DNA of 64,000 bases from Chiloscyllium plagiosum (Eukaryota). The notes beneath the pieces are model-generated. The model ran no database searches. It was given only the letters and a program-made list of their open reading frames with translations, and had not been told where the DNA came from. The stretch covers positions 6,096,611 to 6,160,610 of the forward strand of contig NC_057754.1 in assembly GCF_004010195.1 (NCBI RefSeq). The letters run 5' to 3'. Shown piece after piece: positions 62,361-64,000 of the stretch. The position numbers were made by a program, and so were the translations under genes. Every line of letters starts with the position of its first letter. The first letter of the stretch is position 1.

Positions 62361-64000
62361 TCATAATGCTCGAAGAATACTGCCCGAGAAAACTTAATGC
62401 TTACGGTTCATATCTTAAACATTTAATCAAGAGACCCTCAGACATTAAAAAGAAATCCTCTCCTTACTCACGATTGTAGATTTAAGAAAATAAAACCAAC
62501 TAAGATTGATATTTGAAGAGACTGAAACTCACTGAGCTGATCCCCGGCTCGGTGTACCTCCAAGGGCGCGGTCTCTCTGAGGGCAGCTGTGAAATGGCAC
62601 TGTTTCTCTTCTCTGCCAACTCCGTTTCCAGAGAGGTTTTTAACTTCACAGCAAGTCAGCTCAGAGAGGGCACTGCTTGGTTTTATTCACTGGGGGTTGC
62701 CTTTGCTGCCCAGACCAGTATTTACTGACAACCTTTACTTGTCTTGGAGAAAGTGGTGGTTAACCGCCTCCATGAAATGCTGCAGTCCATGTACACCACA
62801 GTGATGTTTGGACAACAATCCCCCTCTGGCCCCACATCCCTCCCTGTCTCTGTAATCCCCCTCCGGCTTCAGAAATTACATGTCCGTGGCATAAGATTTT
62901 TATTTGGATTCATTTTTGTTTCATAACCCCCCCCTCTAAAAAAAAGTGAAATATTTGGCCCCAAACAAATTTCTGTTGATTAACCTTTCGGAGAGGCTGA
63001 CACATGGACGCTGCAGAATTTTATCTCACATTATACACGTAGAATGATGGAACTTTCTTTTAAACATTGCTAAAAGGGAGGCAATGGCTTAATGGTATTT
63101 CTGCCAGATGAGTGATATGTGCAATGTTCCGAGGATTAGGGATAGAATCCCAACATGGCTGATGGTGGCATCGGAATTCAATACAATCTAGAATGAAAAG
63201 GCGAATGATGACCATGACACTATTGTCGGTTGTTAAATATCCATCTGGTTCACTAATGTCCTGTAGGAATGAAATGGTCATCCTCACCTTGTCTGGCCTA
63301 CATGTGACTCCAGACCCACAGCAATGTGGTTAAATCAACTGCCCTCAGGAAAAATACTTTAAAAACTGTTAACAAATATTCCGCAGGTATCACTTAACAG
63401 CTGGCTGTTCACATTGGGGACCATGTGAATATCTCAACGGCCTGAACTAAATTTGAGATTCAGCTTCACCTTCTCCCTGTCTCACATCAGTCTGTTTACA
63501 CCCAACTCCAGAACACTCTCATTGAGCCAAGCAGTCCTCCCAGTTGTAGCCCTGTCATCTTCATTGTCTTCTCATGCCTACATTGCCCTCAGCCTCCTGT
63601 ACTGTTCCAATGCATCTCAATGGGAGCTCAGGAACAGTACCTCATCTTTCAATTCAGCCCTTTGTAACCCCAGAGTCAACATGGACCTCAGCAGTTTCTA
63701 AATGAACAGACAGCTTTTCAGAAACTGGAACATTCCACCTGAAAAGGTATTGGAATTTGAGTCCAAAAGGAGTTTTAATGGGATGTTTGCAGGTAATTGA
63801 AAATGTGAAGTTTACAGGTTAGCATCATGAAGTGGATGGTTGGGTCTAAATCTGAGAGTTCTTACAAAGAGACGAGGTGTAATTTGGATAAATCTGTGTT
63901 CCCTCTCAGGCCAATACCTCCTTCCTCAGCTGCAAGGCACAGAACAGAGCACATACCCAAAGGGTGATCCAACCATGAATTTGCACATCTTTCTGCTTGA
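61557..64000. repeat. Segmental duplication: 61557-63350 matches 4820-6240 and 63353-64000 matches 9436-10080 and 35283-35905
   Basis: Collinear matches cross repeat/unique junctions, e.g. CTTCAGAAATTACAT..GGCATAAGATTTTTATTTGGATTC and GGGTGATCCAACCA. Confidence 0.92.

Overview
Eukaryotic, repeat-dominated genomic DNA, almost certainly from a cartilaginous fish (shark). This is inferred from HE1/V-SINE-type SINEs, CR1 LINEs and Penelope-like terminal repeats. The scaffold has four N gaps, two of them fixed 500-N joins. Main contents: (1) a 70-bp satellite with higher-order structure (1-4319); (2) many decayed CR1, L2-like and Penelope-like retroelements, tRNA-derived SINEs and two solo LTRs with target-site duplications; (3) a mosaic of segmentally duplicated blocks carrying several paralogous minus-strand promoter/5'-exon modules (CCAAT, GC-box, YY1, NRF1-like motifs), one with a degenerate C2H2 zinc-finger remnant; (4) three phase-compatible plus-strand coding exons (27.3-31.6 kb) of an unidentified gene; (5) minimal hammerhead-ribozyme-like motifs in at least three Penelope-like terminal-repeat families. 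No intact long ORF, CRISPR array, rRNA or bona fide tRNA gene is supported. Element boundaries were read by eye and are approximate unless a TSD or splice site is quoted.
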